Source: Dendrobates tinctorius
Lineage: Eukaryota
NCBI RefSeq assembly: GCF_039654945.1
Contig: NW_027361775.1
Location: forward strand, 11,966,001 to 12,030,000
Direction: 5' to 3'
DNA length: 64,000 bases
The position numbers were made by a program, and so were the translations under genes. The notes below the pieces were generated by a model, which searched no databases, was not told the DNA's origin, and was given only the letters and a program-made list of their open reading frames with translations. Below are positions 33,458 to 46,400 of this stretch, one piece after another. Position 1 is the first letter of the stretch. Each line of letters begins with the position of its first letter.

Positions 33458-36400
33458 ATGTTTCTGTTTGTTTTCACTCTAAAACCTATAATCCTTCACT
33501 TCCCTTAATCCCTACACCAAGTAAGGAACTGATTATCTCTCCCTCCATTCTCCCCATCCATCTCACATTCCTCAACATACAATCCTGTGTATCCAAACAC
33601 AGACAGCCCTCTCAAGCCCTCTCTTGCTTCCACCAGCTATCACTTTCCATGCTCCTCCTCACTACCGGTGATATTTCTCCAAATTCTAGCCATCCTCACC
33701 ACATCCCCACAGTCATTTCTACCTCCCGTCCAAACTCTATCAAAACTTTCATAACCTCGCTAAGCTTATACCCATTCATTCAGCTCCCACTTCCCCAGTC
33801 CCACTAACTGGAGCTCTATGGAACGCTCGCTCTGTCTGCAACAACCTTTCCTACATCTATGATCTTTTAATTACTAGCAAACTTTCCTTCCTCGTCATCA
33901 CCGAAACCTGGCTCACCCCCTCTGATACAGCCTTTCCTGCTGCACTTTTGTATGGTGAATTCCACCTTTCCCACACACCCCATGTCATCAGCAAGCATGG
34001 TGGAGGAGTTGGTTTTCTCCTGTAAGATAACTGCTCCTTCACCCCAATCCCACTTCCACCCTCTGTTACCCTCCCTTCCTTTGAGGTGCATTCTGTGCAC
34101 ATCAATTCTCCCTCCAATCTCCAACTGGCTGTCTTTTACCGCCCCCCAGGGCCAGCCACCACCTTCTTCAACCACTTCACCACCTGGCTAGTTCATTTCC
34201 TTTCCACTGACATCCCCACTATCATCTTGGGCGAATTCAACATCCCCATTGACACATCCCACTTTGCTGTCACTAAACTTCTATCTCTCACTTCCACCTT
34301 CAGCCTCAATCAATGGTCTTTTGCAGCCACTCACAAAGATGGCCACACATTGGACCTCATCTTCACCTGCCTCTGCTCCCCATCTAACCTCTCAAACTCA
34401 CCTCTACCTCTTTTTGATCACAACCTACTTACATTCTCTTCCCTCTCCTCTCCTTGTCCACAATCCCCACTCCACAAACTTGCACACCCTCGCAGAAATC
34501 TTAGACACCTCAATCTAGACTCACTGTCTGAATCCCTTCTCCCTCTTACAGACATAAGTTCGCTACACAATGAGAATGCCACTGCCACTTTGTATAACAC
34601 CACAATAGCTGTAGCTCTGGAATTGGTTGCCCCCTCAGACATACAAAAGCTCGCAAAATCAACAGACAGCCCTGGCACACCAGCCTGACCAAAGAACTGA
34701 GACAGGCTACCAGGGTTGCTGAGTGGAGATGGAAAAGATCCCACTTCAGTGAGCACTTCAGTGCATTCAAACAGTCCCTCACTACTTTCAAGGCCACACA
34801 CTGCAGCCATACAAGCATACTTCTCATCTCTCATATCCTTCATGACTCAAAACCCTCAACAGTTATTCAATACTTTCAATTCTTTCCTCTATCCCCCAGC
34901 ACCTCCTCCCTCTCCACTCATCTCAGCTGAAGATTTTGCCTCATTTTTCAAGCAGCAGATTGATAAAATCAGAGACAGTTTTGGTCAACAACCCCCAGAG
35001 CCCTTTCTCCTAACTGCTCATCCCTCCTCCTCCAAAACCAACTTCTCCACCATTACAGAAGATTGACTCTTCACTCTACTCTCAAGATTACATCTCACCA
35101 CCTGTGCACTTGACCCGATCCCATTCTACTTCATCCCAAACCTCACCACAGTCTTCATCCCAACTCTAACCCATCTTTTCAACCTATCACTAACAACTGG
35201 TGTTTTCCCATCATGCTTTAAACATGCCTCAATCACACCTATTATCAAAAAGCCCTCTCTTGACCTATCCTCTGTATCTAGCTATTGCCCCATATCACTT
35301 CTCCCCTATGCCTCAAAAATACTGGAACAACACATCCATCTTGAATTGTCCTCCCATCTCCCTTCTTGCTCTCCCTTTGACCACTTGCAATCTGGCTTCT
35401 GGCCGCATCACTCCACTGAAACTGCCCTAACTAAAGTCCCCAATGACCTACTGAATGCAAAAGCCAAGCGACACTACTCTGTCCTCCTCCTCCTGGACCT
35501 GTCCTCTGCCTTTGGTACAGTGGACCATTCCCTTTTACTACAGACCTTCATCTCTTGGCATCACTGATTTGGCCCCATCTTGGATCTCGTCATACCTAAC
35601 AGACTGGATGTTCAGCGTCTCCCACTCATACACCACCTCTCACCTCACCCTCTATCTGTCGGAGTCCCACAAAGTTCAGTCCTCAGACCCCTGCTCTTCT
35701 CCATTTACACCTTTTGCCTTAAACAGCTCATAGAATCTCACGGCTTTCAGTATAACCTCTATGCTGATGACAAACAGATGTACATCTCTGGACCAGATAC
35801 CTCCCTATTAACCAGAATTCCACAATGTCTATCTGCTATTTAATCATTCTTCTCCACTAGATTTCTAAAATTTAATATGGACAAAACAGAATTCATCATC
35901 TTTCCCCATCTCACTCGACCCCCCAAACGGACAGTAAATGGCTGCTCACTTTCCCCAGTTCCTCAAGCTCACTGTATCGGGGTTATCCTTGACACTGATC
36001 TGTCCTTCAAACCACATATCCAAGCCCTTTCTGCTTCTTGCTGACAAAAATATTTCCCGGATCCATACATTCCTCAACCAAGTATCTGCAAAAACCTTAG
36101 TCCATGCCCTCAGCATCTCCCGCCTTGACTACTGCAACCTCCTGCTCTGTGGCCTCCCCTTTAACACTCTCGCACCACTCCAATCTATTCTATATTCTGC
36201 TGCTTGACTAGTTCCCCAGTCCCCTTGCTCTTCCCTGGCCTCTCCCATCTGTCAATCCTTGCACTGGTTTCCCATTAACCAAAGACTCCAGTTTAAAACC
36301 CTAACCATGGCATACAAAGCTATCCACAACCTGTGTCATCCATACATCTGTAACCTTGTCTCCTGGTACTTACCTGCACGCAATCTCCGATCTTTCCAAG

Positions 36401-36575
36401 ATCTCCTCTACTCCCCTCTTATCTCCTCTTCCCACAATTGCATACAAGATTTCTCCCGCGCATCACCCCTACTCTGGATCTTTTTACCACAACATATTAA
36501 ACTCTTTCCTACTATGGAAACCTTCAAAAATAACCTGAAGACCTACCTCTTTTGACAAGCCTACAACCTGCAGTA
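33458..36575 (+). pseudogene. L2 ORF2 (2A-like peptide, APE endonuclease, RT) pseudogene
   Basis: The motifs are spread over ORF fragments 33355-33807, 34086-34688, 34716-35066, 35346-35567, 35580-35843, 35938-36207 and 36259-36555. Confidence 0.92.
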
Positions 36576-37159
36576 ATCACCAATTGACCAAACCACTGCA
36601 CGACCTCACCTTTTGTATCCACACCTATCCCTTTAAATTGTGAGCCCTCATGGGCAGGGTCCTCTCTCCTCCTGTACCAGTCGTGACTTGTATTGTTTAA
36701 GATTACTGTACTTGTTTTTATTATGTATACCCCTCTTCACATATAAAGCTCCATGGAATAAATGGCACTATGATAATACATAATAATAATATTAATAATG
36801 TTCTGTGGCTGCTTTGCTTTCTCTTGCACTGAAAGCCTGCAACATATGGATGACAGAAAAGATTAAAGTATAAAGAAATCCTATGTGAAAATGTCATAAC
36901 TTTTGTGAAAAAGTTACATCTGACCTTCCGCTGTAATTATTCCATGCATACCTTAAAGTCTACTAATTCTTGGTTTCTGAAGAAGTGTCTGCAAGTATCT
37001 GGAGTGACTGTCATAGTCACCTGACTTGACCTAAAAAAATCTTTGGTGGGATATGAAGAAGGCGGTTTGAGCACACAAACCTAAGAATATTAGTGAATTG
37101 GGGATAGTTTATGAGACATTGGCTAAGATCCTTCAGGAAGACAGCCAAAAGTTGAGATT

Positions 37160-37340
37160 ATATGATTAAGGGCGTCTAGCCAGAAGCGCGTTAACAACGT
37201 TCTGTTGTCTGAACAGCACTCAATAAATCACCAGAGCACTCAGCTGGATCATTTCTTCTTTTATTATTGCTGTGCAGCCAGGGCAGGGCCGGATCCGAGT
37301 CTGAGGTGCGGTGAGGTCAGACGTGGGTGAGCTGGACTCT
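37160..37340 (+). mobile_element. Short Penelope-like 3' fragment with a highly decayed hammerhead-like motif
   Basis: TGATTAA-GGGC-GTCTA-GCCA-GAAG-CGCGTT, followed by AATAAA and a GC-rich tail. Confidence 0.35.
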
Positions 37341-37699
37341 CAAACAAATTTATACAGAAGCTAGTCATATTATAACTGGCAATTGTTAGCATTGTTTCAG
37401 GAGCTTAAATAGCTTGCAGTCCCACCCAAAACCACAATAAAGGAGCAAACACTGACAGAAGTTAACTCAATATCTCTCATGCTGGACAGAACAAAAAATA
37501 GATGAAGACACAAAACTAGAAGAGTTGCCCCATGTCACCCGCAATGAGAATGCACCACTTCCCAGAAACAGAAGCAGAGACAAAGACAATCACCAATAAT
37601 ACAGATGTCTCAGCAACAGGTCATAGCATCCCAAGGCTTCTCTACTAAATGAACTTGTCATGAAGAGAATAATTCTGAGACTGCAGTAGTCTATATTTA

Positions 37700-38141
37700 C
37701 AGGGTGGCCATTTATATGGATACACCTAAATAAATGGGAATGGTTGGTTATATCAACTTCCTGTTTGTGGCACATTAGTATATGGGAGGAGGAAAAGATG
37801 GGTGGTGACCATGGTGGCCATTTTGAAGTTGGCCTCTTTGGATCCAACTTTATTTTTTTCAATGAGAAGAGTGTGATGTGACACATCAAACTTATTGAGA
37901 ATTTAACATAGGTTTTAACATAACTTTATTCTTTCATGACCTATTTACAAGTTTCTCTTTGTTTACAGCCATTGACTTGTCGAAGAGGTTAGCACATGAG
38001 GAGCGGATAGAAATTGTGTTGATGTCTGTTGAATGCAGTGCCAAGGTCATTGCAGCAAATTTCAATGCAAGACACTCTATGCAAGAAAACTATCACCATT
38101 CCCATTTTATTTAGGTGTATCCATATAAATGGCCCACCCTG
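37700..38141 (+). mobile_element. Tc1/mariner-superfamily internal deletion derivative
   Basis: TA-flanked TIRs of about 45 bp, CAGGGTGGCCATTTATATGGATACACCTAAATAAA; retains a transposase-like N-terminus SKRLAHEERIEIVLMS..VIAANFNARH. Confidence 0.85.
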
Positions 38142-40465
38142 TATATATTAAGGTAAAAATATGCATTTATGTGTTCTGCTTCTCAATTATCTGTAGAACT
38201 CAGACAGCAATGTGATTTAGGTAATTGATCTTTTTACTTCATAAAAATATTTTCAATCTGAGTCACATGCTTAAAAATATGCAAATTAGACAGCATTTTA
38301 ATTTTTATAATGTACATATATACTTGTGAGCTAGTTTCATAGTTCGATGAGAGTTATGTTGAAATTTAATTTGGTTCCAATTCACAGTGTAATCTTGTTA
38401 AGCCCGTTTCTTTTCAAGCAACCAAATACATGCTTGCTCCAAGCTCATTTCCAGCATAGAGATGTAGTGACTTTAGCCATGTTTGTACTTAATTTCATAA
38501 GCGTATGTGCCGAGACTGCTCCACTTCAACATGTCTCTGTGTGTACGCTAGTTTCTCTAGGAGGCATCCTTCAAGCATAATTGGCAACCTTCTCATTTCA
38601 TCTATAATTATGTTAAATTATTTTCTAGTTCAGCCTACGGCCTGGAAAATGCCTTAAATCCTCCCTTTGTGGCTGTGTACATTTTCAGTGCTGCTACATA
38701 ACATAATTATATGAAAATATGCAAAATAATGTGAATTGTACCAGCTTTTTCCACTGGCACACATAAAACTGTCCATGTTACAAGTCCATTTCATATTTAC
38801 AGATAATTAAGTGTAAAAGTTAACTATTTGGTAAAGATCTTTTAACATATTTTAGTTTTATCTTAAACCTGGAAAGTTATAGCCTGCAATCTTAATTGTT
38901 TCATTCATTATTACACTCCTTAATTTGCAATAGCCTTTTTGCATGAAAACATGTCTCTCCCAGTAAAACAGTACACGCTATGAGTATACTCTGTGCGTAC
39001 AGAATATTCAGTAGGTCTCATGAATCAGAACAGCTTCATTTCTGTACTGATTTACCTTTTAACCCTCCAGTAAAGGATCTATTTTCCTTGTGTAGACAGA
39101 CACGGAAGTTGAGGAATGTTATACTTTCCCTTTCCACTGCAATCTGCCATTCTGCTGTCTAATTGCATATCCTGCAGTTTGTGATCTTTGCTTCCTTTTC
39201 TTTTTAATTGTCTTTGCCTCCTTTTATTCTTATCTTCTCTTTTTTATTTTTATGTCTGCAATCCATACTCTGTTTTTCTGTTTACTACCTTCTACTTCTC
39301 CCTACTGCAATCTAGAGAGAAGGAATGGAAGAGCAGAAAGAACAAATGACTTTGTCCCCAATAGAATGACAGTAGCAGCAACACTATGAGCTAGACAGAG
39401 GCATTGCACAGACTAACTCCACAGTCCACAGCAACAAAATGGTAGGGAATTTTTAATGTAGACCAATTAGAACTTATAATAATTTAGTAAGAAAGTGAAC
39501 AAAAGAAAAATTGTCCTTGGCCTTCAAACAACTTCTATGAGAAACAAAAAAAATTATATTTTGCAGAAAAATGAGCAGTACTCTATTCTTTCAAATTTCA
39601 AGGTTTTCATATACAATTCTCCTTCAGATTTCTTTAGTGCAACATTAAATGTTTACTCTGAGAACATTGTAAATGGCCAGATACTGTAGCAACAATAAAT
39701 CCAAGAAAATGAACTCACAACCTTCACAGTTCTGGGAGGGAAGTTCAAAGCCAATTCAGTTGTACTTGAAAAATATCCTTGGTGTAGCAGTTTTTGTTAA
39801 AGGATAATCAGGCAAAATAATAAACAAGAATAACATTTCAACTGTGTTACTTGTTGGGAATTTAGCTGTGTATACTTATTGGCAAATCAATTATTCTCTA
39901 CAATGATATTACCTATTAGGGGTATTGTGTGTTTTTAATTGTGCGCTTAAATGACATGCACGTTATGTTTTCTATTAGAGTTAATGAAAAATCATGTTTC
40001 ATTTTCTATATTGGTCAAAATAGGATTGATAGGCTCTCGATTATTGGTTTTAATTCAACTCGGGTGGCAGAAATACATAAATGGAGGACAGTAGTGGAAC
40101 TGAGCCTCTCTGTTCATTGTGTAGCTGTCATTTTGTAAAGCTGCAGCTCATCTCTTTTTCACTTTCAGCAGAAACTGAGCTGAAAATGGCTGATCAGTAG
40201 GGGTACCACCATCAATTTTATAATGATGACATAAGCATAGGTAATCAATGACATAAACATGGATGAAAGCTATAATGTCTTACAAAGTCTAATCAGCTTT
40301 ATGCCGAGTTCAACTTATTTCATTGTCTGTATACAAATGACAATGCTGGTATGGCAGAGGGTCTTCTGACCGGAAACTTACAGCCTCATATCAGCATTGA
40401 AATCTGTATATAACTTTGAAATATGCTTATGTGAACTCAGCCTTATTCACAGTTTTAGAGACTAA

Positions 40466-41337
40466 AGGCCCCGTTACACATAACGATGTCCCAGTGATCC
40501 CACCAATGATCCGACATGGATGCGATTGCTGGGACATCATTAGGCTGATCACTGGTGAGTAGAGTTGAGCGACTTTGGTCGGTTCGAGTTTCATGAAACA
40601 AAATTTGTTTCAAATGAAACTGATGCGACCAGGGCAAAAAAAGTCAGAGTTTCATCCAAAACCCGACCCCAATGCAAGTCAATGGGGAATAAAAGTTGGC
40701 ATTGAGTGGATGAATGTCATCTGCTCAATGCCGACTTTTATTTCCCATTGACTTGCATTGGGGTCAGGTTTCGGATGAAACTCCGACTTTTTTTGCCCTA
40801 GTCGGACCAGTTTCATCTGAAACTAATTTTGTTTCATGAATCCCGATCCGACCAAAGTCGCTCAACTCTACTGGTGAGCTATCACATAGACAGCCCCTCC
40901 AGCGATCAGGATCAGCGAGCAAGCTGGTATCTAAGGTTAACAGCGGGTCTCTAGGAGCCGTGTGGCTCTTGGATACCCGCTGTTTACCCTGAAACCAGCG
41001 TGCACGATGGTATCTAAGGTAAACAGCAGGTTTCTAAGAGCCACGCGCCTCTTGGATACCTGCTGTTTACCTTAGATATCAGCGTGCATGCTGGCTTCCA
41101 GGGTAAACAGCGGGTATCCGAGTGCTGCGCGGCTCTTAGAAACCCGCTGTTTACCTTAGATACCCGCGTGCAGTGTCGCCCAGGACGATATTGCATGATC
41201 TGCGATACCCGGCAGGGGGGCCAGTCACTGATGTGTGTCACACACAGCGATGTCGCTGGCGAGATCACTGTGAAGTCACAAAATCAGCGATCTCGCTAGC
41301 GATCTCGCTAGCGATCTCGCTGTGTGTGACGGGGCCT
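40466..41337. mobile_element. PIF/Harbinger-type MITE (related to 846-1252) with internal repeats
   Basis: AGGCCCCGTTACACA...TGTGTGACGGGGCCT, TAA TSD; internal palindromic GGTAAACAGC/GCTGTTTACC repeats. Confidence 0.85.
40560..40870. mobile_element. Palindromic hAT MITE (311 bp)
   Basis: TAGAGTTGAGCGACTTTGGTCGG...CCGACCAAAGTCGCTCAACTCTA with perfect 8-bp TSD CTGGTGAG. Confidence 0.93.
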
Positions 41338-42244
41338 TAAACTACTGTGATCAGATGTTTATTTGCTACTTCTGTTTACACTCCCGCATCATGGACATTT
41401 AAATGCAGGGATTTTCTCTCACATACAGGTATGTTCAGTTATATAAGGGCATGCTGAAATTTGTGTTTAGTGTGCAGATGTTTTTTGTAAAATGAATGAT
41501 TGCTACAAATCTGTGGGCACAGCCAAATTAAAAGGGACAACCAGTTGCACAAGTGCATGCATTGTATTAATAAAAAAATACAAAAAAAATGTTGCGCATT
41601 TAAAAGGTTATTTTCTTTCTGTTCCCTTAGACTTAACACTGAAAAACACTTCATGTTTCTTAGTGAGCATTTGTCATTTTCCATTTGTACGTGTACTGTA
41701 ATTACAGTAGAGTTCTGTTAAATGCTAAACATTGATAAAATTCAAAAAGACATTGAATTCATTTACTGTAAGGTTTAGCTGAAATTATAAAAAAAATTGA
41801 ATAGTCTTTTAGGGTATATTCCTACACTGAGAGTTTCTGTGAGCAATTTCAATTTCTATTCCAATTCCAATCAGAGAAGTGTTCTTGCTAGAGAAAAAAT
41901 TCATGGTGAAAATTATAAAACCAATATGTGTGGCTTTTACTGCACCATTACTTCTTCATGTGAATGTACCATTATTCTTCTGTGCTGTGGACATGAACAA
42001 CTTGTTATTATGTGAGTTCACCATTTAGGACAAATTTTGCTTGCTAGAAATGCCCCTTGATAAAAAGGCTGATAGCAAAGTATTCACTTGTATTAAAGTC
42101 CCCAGTAATCATTTGTGCTCTGTTGGGAAACTTGAGAAGATGTAGGAAATAAACATTCAGGTAAACTGTGTTGCTGTGAAAAAAGAGTAGTTCCACATGT
42201 TATAATACTCTAAGTAGCTTTTATTAAGCTGAGCTACATATATA

Positions 42245-42281
<37 letters not shown>

Positions 42282-42284
<3 letters not shown>

Positions 42285-43437
42285 GAAAAAGTATTTGCCG
42301 CCTTCCTGATTTCCTATTCTTTTGCTTGTTTATCACACTTAAATGTTTCAGATCACCAAACAAATTTAAATATTACACAAAGATACAAGAAAACACAAAA
42401 TACAGTTTCTAAATGAAGGTCTTTATTATTAAGGGAAAAAGAAATCCAAACCTAATGGGCCCTGTGTGAAAAAGTGATTGCCCCCAAAACCTAATAACTG
42501 ATTGGGCAATCCTTAGCAGCAACAACTGGCAATAAGTCTTTTAAAATGCTCTGGAGGAATTTTTGCCCACTCATCTTTGCAGGATGAGCCACCTTTTTAA
42601 GATCATGCCTCAGCATCTCAATCAGATTAAAGCCAAGACTTTTACTAGGCCACTCCAAAGTCTTAATTTTGTTTTTCTTAAGGCATTCAGAGGTGGTCTT
42701 GCTGGTGTGTTTTGGATCATTGTCTTGCTGCATACCCCAACAGCTGGCCAGACATTCTCCAACAGGATTTTTTGGTAGACAGCAGAATTCATGATTCCAT
42801 TTAATACAGCCAGTTTTCCTGGTCCAGAAGGAGCAAAACAGCCAAGGACATCACATTGCCACCATGTTTTACTGTTTGCATGATGTTCCTTTTCTGAAAT
42901 GCTGTGTTGCTTTTATGCCAGATGTAATAGGACATGCACTTGCCAAAAAGTTAAGCTTTTGTCTTGTAAGTCCACCAAGTATTATCACAAAAATCTTGAG
43001 GATTATCAAGATGTTTCTGGTAAAACTGAAAAGAGCATTTATGGTCTTATTGCTCAGTATTGGTTTTCATCTTGAAACTCTGCTATTTTTGCACAGTCTC
43101 TTTCTTATGGTAGAGTAATGAATATTGACCTTAACTGAGGCAAGTGAGGCCTGCAGTTCTTTGGATGTTGTTGTGGGGTATTTTGTGACCTCTTGGATGT
43201 GTTGTCTCTGTGCCCTTGGGTTATTTTTGGCCGGCCACTCTTGGGAAGGTTCACCACTGTTCCATGTTTTCACCAATTGTGAATAATGACTCTCACTGTG
43301 GTTCGCTGTAGTCTCAAAGCTTTAAAAATGGCTTAATAACTTTTCCTAACTGATAGATCTCAATTACTTTGCTTCTTCTTTGTTTCAAAATTTCTTCCTG
43401 TTCTTTAAGGTGGGCAGGTAGCAATAACTTTTCACAC
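42282..43437 (-). mobile_element. Decayed Tc1 transposon
   Basis: [30 protein letters not shown] motifs; TGAAAAAGT..TTGCC terminal remnants. Confidence 0.85.
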
Positions 43438-46400
43438 AAATTAGAATTAGAAAACATTCAAATTTCCCAAATAGCCTAAATATTACAAGGAAATTCAATT
43501 TGCATGAAATTCATTCTCCGTGAATTAAATGTCCTTCATTATGCTCTGGAGTCTCAAGTGACTCCAAAGTATAATAGGTATAAGATGTAGAGGAAAACAA
43601 TGTGTGGTCATCAGCCATACTTACCTACTGGTTGCCATTTTGCTGAAATTTAGAGATTGGTCTAAGGATTAAAAAAATGCTCACCTCACTACTCACCTCT
43701 CTGTCAATCTCCACTTTGATTCTTCCCCATACAGTGCTCAGTGACTCTTCTTGCCATCACTGTGCGTTAAAACCTTTGGCATCTTAAGGGATTCCCAGTT
43801 CTGGCTACACCCGGAACTTTATAAAGTTGTGCCACACATACTGTCATCACAATGATGTATCCTTACAACACACATGCACAGGGATGTCCTGGGCCACTTT
43901 ATGGCCAGAAGTCCTAGCCTGAAGAACATGTAATTTTGTTTCAGCTCATGGTGTCCCGGCCTAGCATGAAGATGCTCAAGATTTTGGGTCACGGTGGTGC
44001 TAATTACTATATGGTAGAGACCAGTATAGGTGACAGGAGAGCTGAGCAGTGAGGTATTAGATTATTTTTTAATCATTTTTCCGTCCTTCACAGATTAGCT
44101 AAATGTTGTCTCTCTGCTGCGAGTTACAAAAAAATTGATAATCTGGAGTATGCAATTTTTTTTATAAAATTTTAGTAAAATTAAATTCCACCCAAATAAA
44201 TTTGCCCAATTTTTATTGTGGTTGATGCTATTGGCTTATAAGAAGTCAAGCAGGTCCCACCATTGGTGCAACCTTTACAGCCACACATGGGCTCAAGCAG
44301 TAATGGGGTCCTTTTTTAGCTCCAAAACAGCAAACAGCTTTTATCACAGATGCATTATGATGGGTTAAGGATCTGAAAAGATATCAGGTACTGTTCTTTC
44401 ACAGGGTCCCTCTTCTACCTATGTCTGTCCATCAGATGCAAAAACACCACATAGTACATTATTAAACCACTCAAAAAAGATATAAAAGCATCATGCCAGT
44501 GTGAACTTAGACTTACACATATAATGTTGGAATTGTACAATGTTGAATTCTTAAATTTTTTAAATTGAGGCTTCGGTTTACTTTTCAGCAATAGAGTTTT
44601 TTGAACTTGAATCAAAATTTCAATGCAGCTTTTTAACTGTTCATCATGATCCTTCTGTAAGTTTCTTTCTACAATGCCTCCCAATTTCAATAGTATACTT
44701 TATCATGAGAGCACACTTGTTCTGCCAGCATACCATGCTGACTTAATAGTGTTGCTTAGCAACTTTCATTTTTATCTTTAACTGTTGCAAATATTTCAGT
44801 AACTGTTGTGAGCTCTTGTCTTTAAAATCTCTCCTTTGGCTGCATTAAAGCTGATATAAGATAGCGTAAAATGTTTTTACATATGCAGCTCTGGGTTCAC
44901 CACATGAAAAAAACATGTTCTGCCAGCACTGTGAAGCTCAAAAACACCCCCATGTGTATAAAGGACCATTTGCAATAATTGAATTCTAAGAGGAAACAGC
45001 CATGGAGGGCGATAAGTATACTAATACAGTATTACTTATATAAATATGTCCTAATATGTCCTCTTCTAGGTAAATGCATGAAGGTCATATATAGTTTGAA
45101 GACAAGTTCATCATGAAAGGCTTGATTAAAGGTAACCTTTCATGTTTCAAATGATACATGTTCTTCAGGCATATGAGAAGCTGATCAGAGTAATGCACAT
45201 TTTATCTGAAAAGTTTCATTAAAGCTTCCAGTAGACACAATGGTCAGTGACTACTTTTGTCTGCTGGTCTAGTTGCCAGCTGTCTCTAGAAAGGGCGGAA
45301 TTACACTCAGACAACACAGGGTGAGGTTAAAACAGTGAAGAAATACATTATTGAACCACCAAGAGACAATGATATGTATTAAAGTCTCAGCAAATACACA
45401 AGATGGTGCAAATTATAGTCTCACCCTTCCTCTGACTCGCCGGGAAATAGAACATCTGCAACTTCGAAGGCTTAAAGGGCCAATTACCCCAAACAGTGGC
45501 ACCCTGCTTTTGGTGGGCAGAGTCCATTGTAGGTATGTGGCCAGGTGACTTGTTCCAAACCTGGATTCTCCAAACATTGCTGAGGTTTCCATGATGGTTA
45601 ATGGAGCAGATCTATATTCCTCCAGCTGGGACAGTGATCCCTTAATCTGGTGTCCTGTAGAGTGTCTAAAATATCTATTACTCTAGTTGGAACCATGGTG
45701 TCTTGGCTACTTTCTCTGCAGAAGGATAGGGTTCCTTTTTAAACTTACATCTGTCCTTTAGGCCATCATCTACAGGTCAGGGGGAAGGTGGGATGAGGTC
45801 AACTCTCATTGTTCATGTATTCAATCAATTTGCACAGTTTGTCCTGCAACATTTGCAGAACAAGCTATATGGACTGCTACAATAGATAATCAACATATTA
45901 ACAAACATCGATTGTTCAATTATTCTGTGCTTTTGTTTCCAAGGAAAGTATGACAATAAGCTGCAAGTACTGATTCAATTGGTAAACAGCAGCCATTCAA
46001 CAATTAACAAACATCAGTTCCAATCAACAAGAGTTAATGTTCAATCTCATATGTTCTCATATGACCAATAGCTCATGTCCCTTGGCCTACTGAAGTGATA
46101 GTCCTGGTATAATTAAAACAAATTCTGTCTCATCACACTTCCATTTTATTCATTGAAATCCCTGGAGTTTTTATGCATGTTAGCCCAGTGGGTGATCCTA
46201 CTCATTGAATGACAGTCTCCTCTGTATGACTGTGCATGAAGACATAGCTGTCAATCACTGAATTCATATGCATACAGACCCCAGTGATTTTAGTGGATAA
46301 AATGCTAGTTATTTTGAATTTTTTCCAACAAACTTGTATATCATTTTGTGCAGCTACTTTTTCTCTATACCATACTGGCCAAAAGATTGGACTGCATATT

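Larger units (their letters stand above)
32963..36797 (+). mobile_element. L2-clade LINE, near full length, defective
   Basis: APE endonuclease (WNARSVCN, ITETWL, LGEFNI, TLDLIF, DHNL), RT ([20 protein letters not shown]), C-terminal SRLDYCN and a (TAA)n-type tail. Confidence 0.95.
32600..37150 (+). mobile_element. Old Tc1 transposase remnant split by the L2 (about 32600-32960 and 36798-37150)
   Basis: Remnants reading TPLLQ..RKLATIC, FXDSIPWSDKTKLDV, then MFCGCFA and a PDL-like motif resuming after the L2 tail. Confidence 0.65.
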
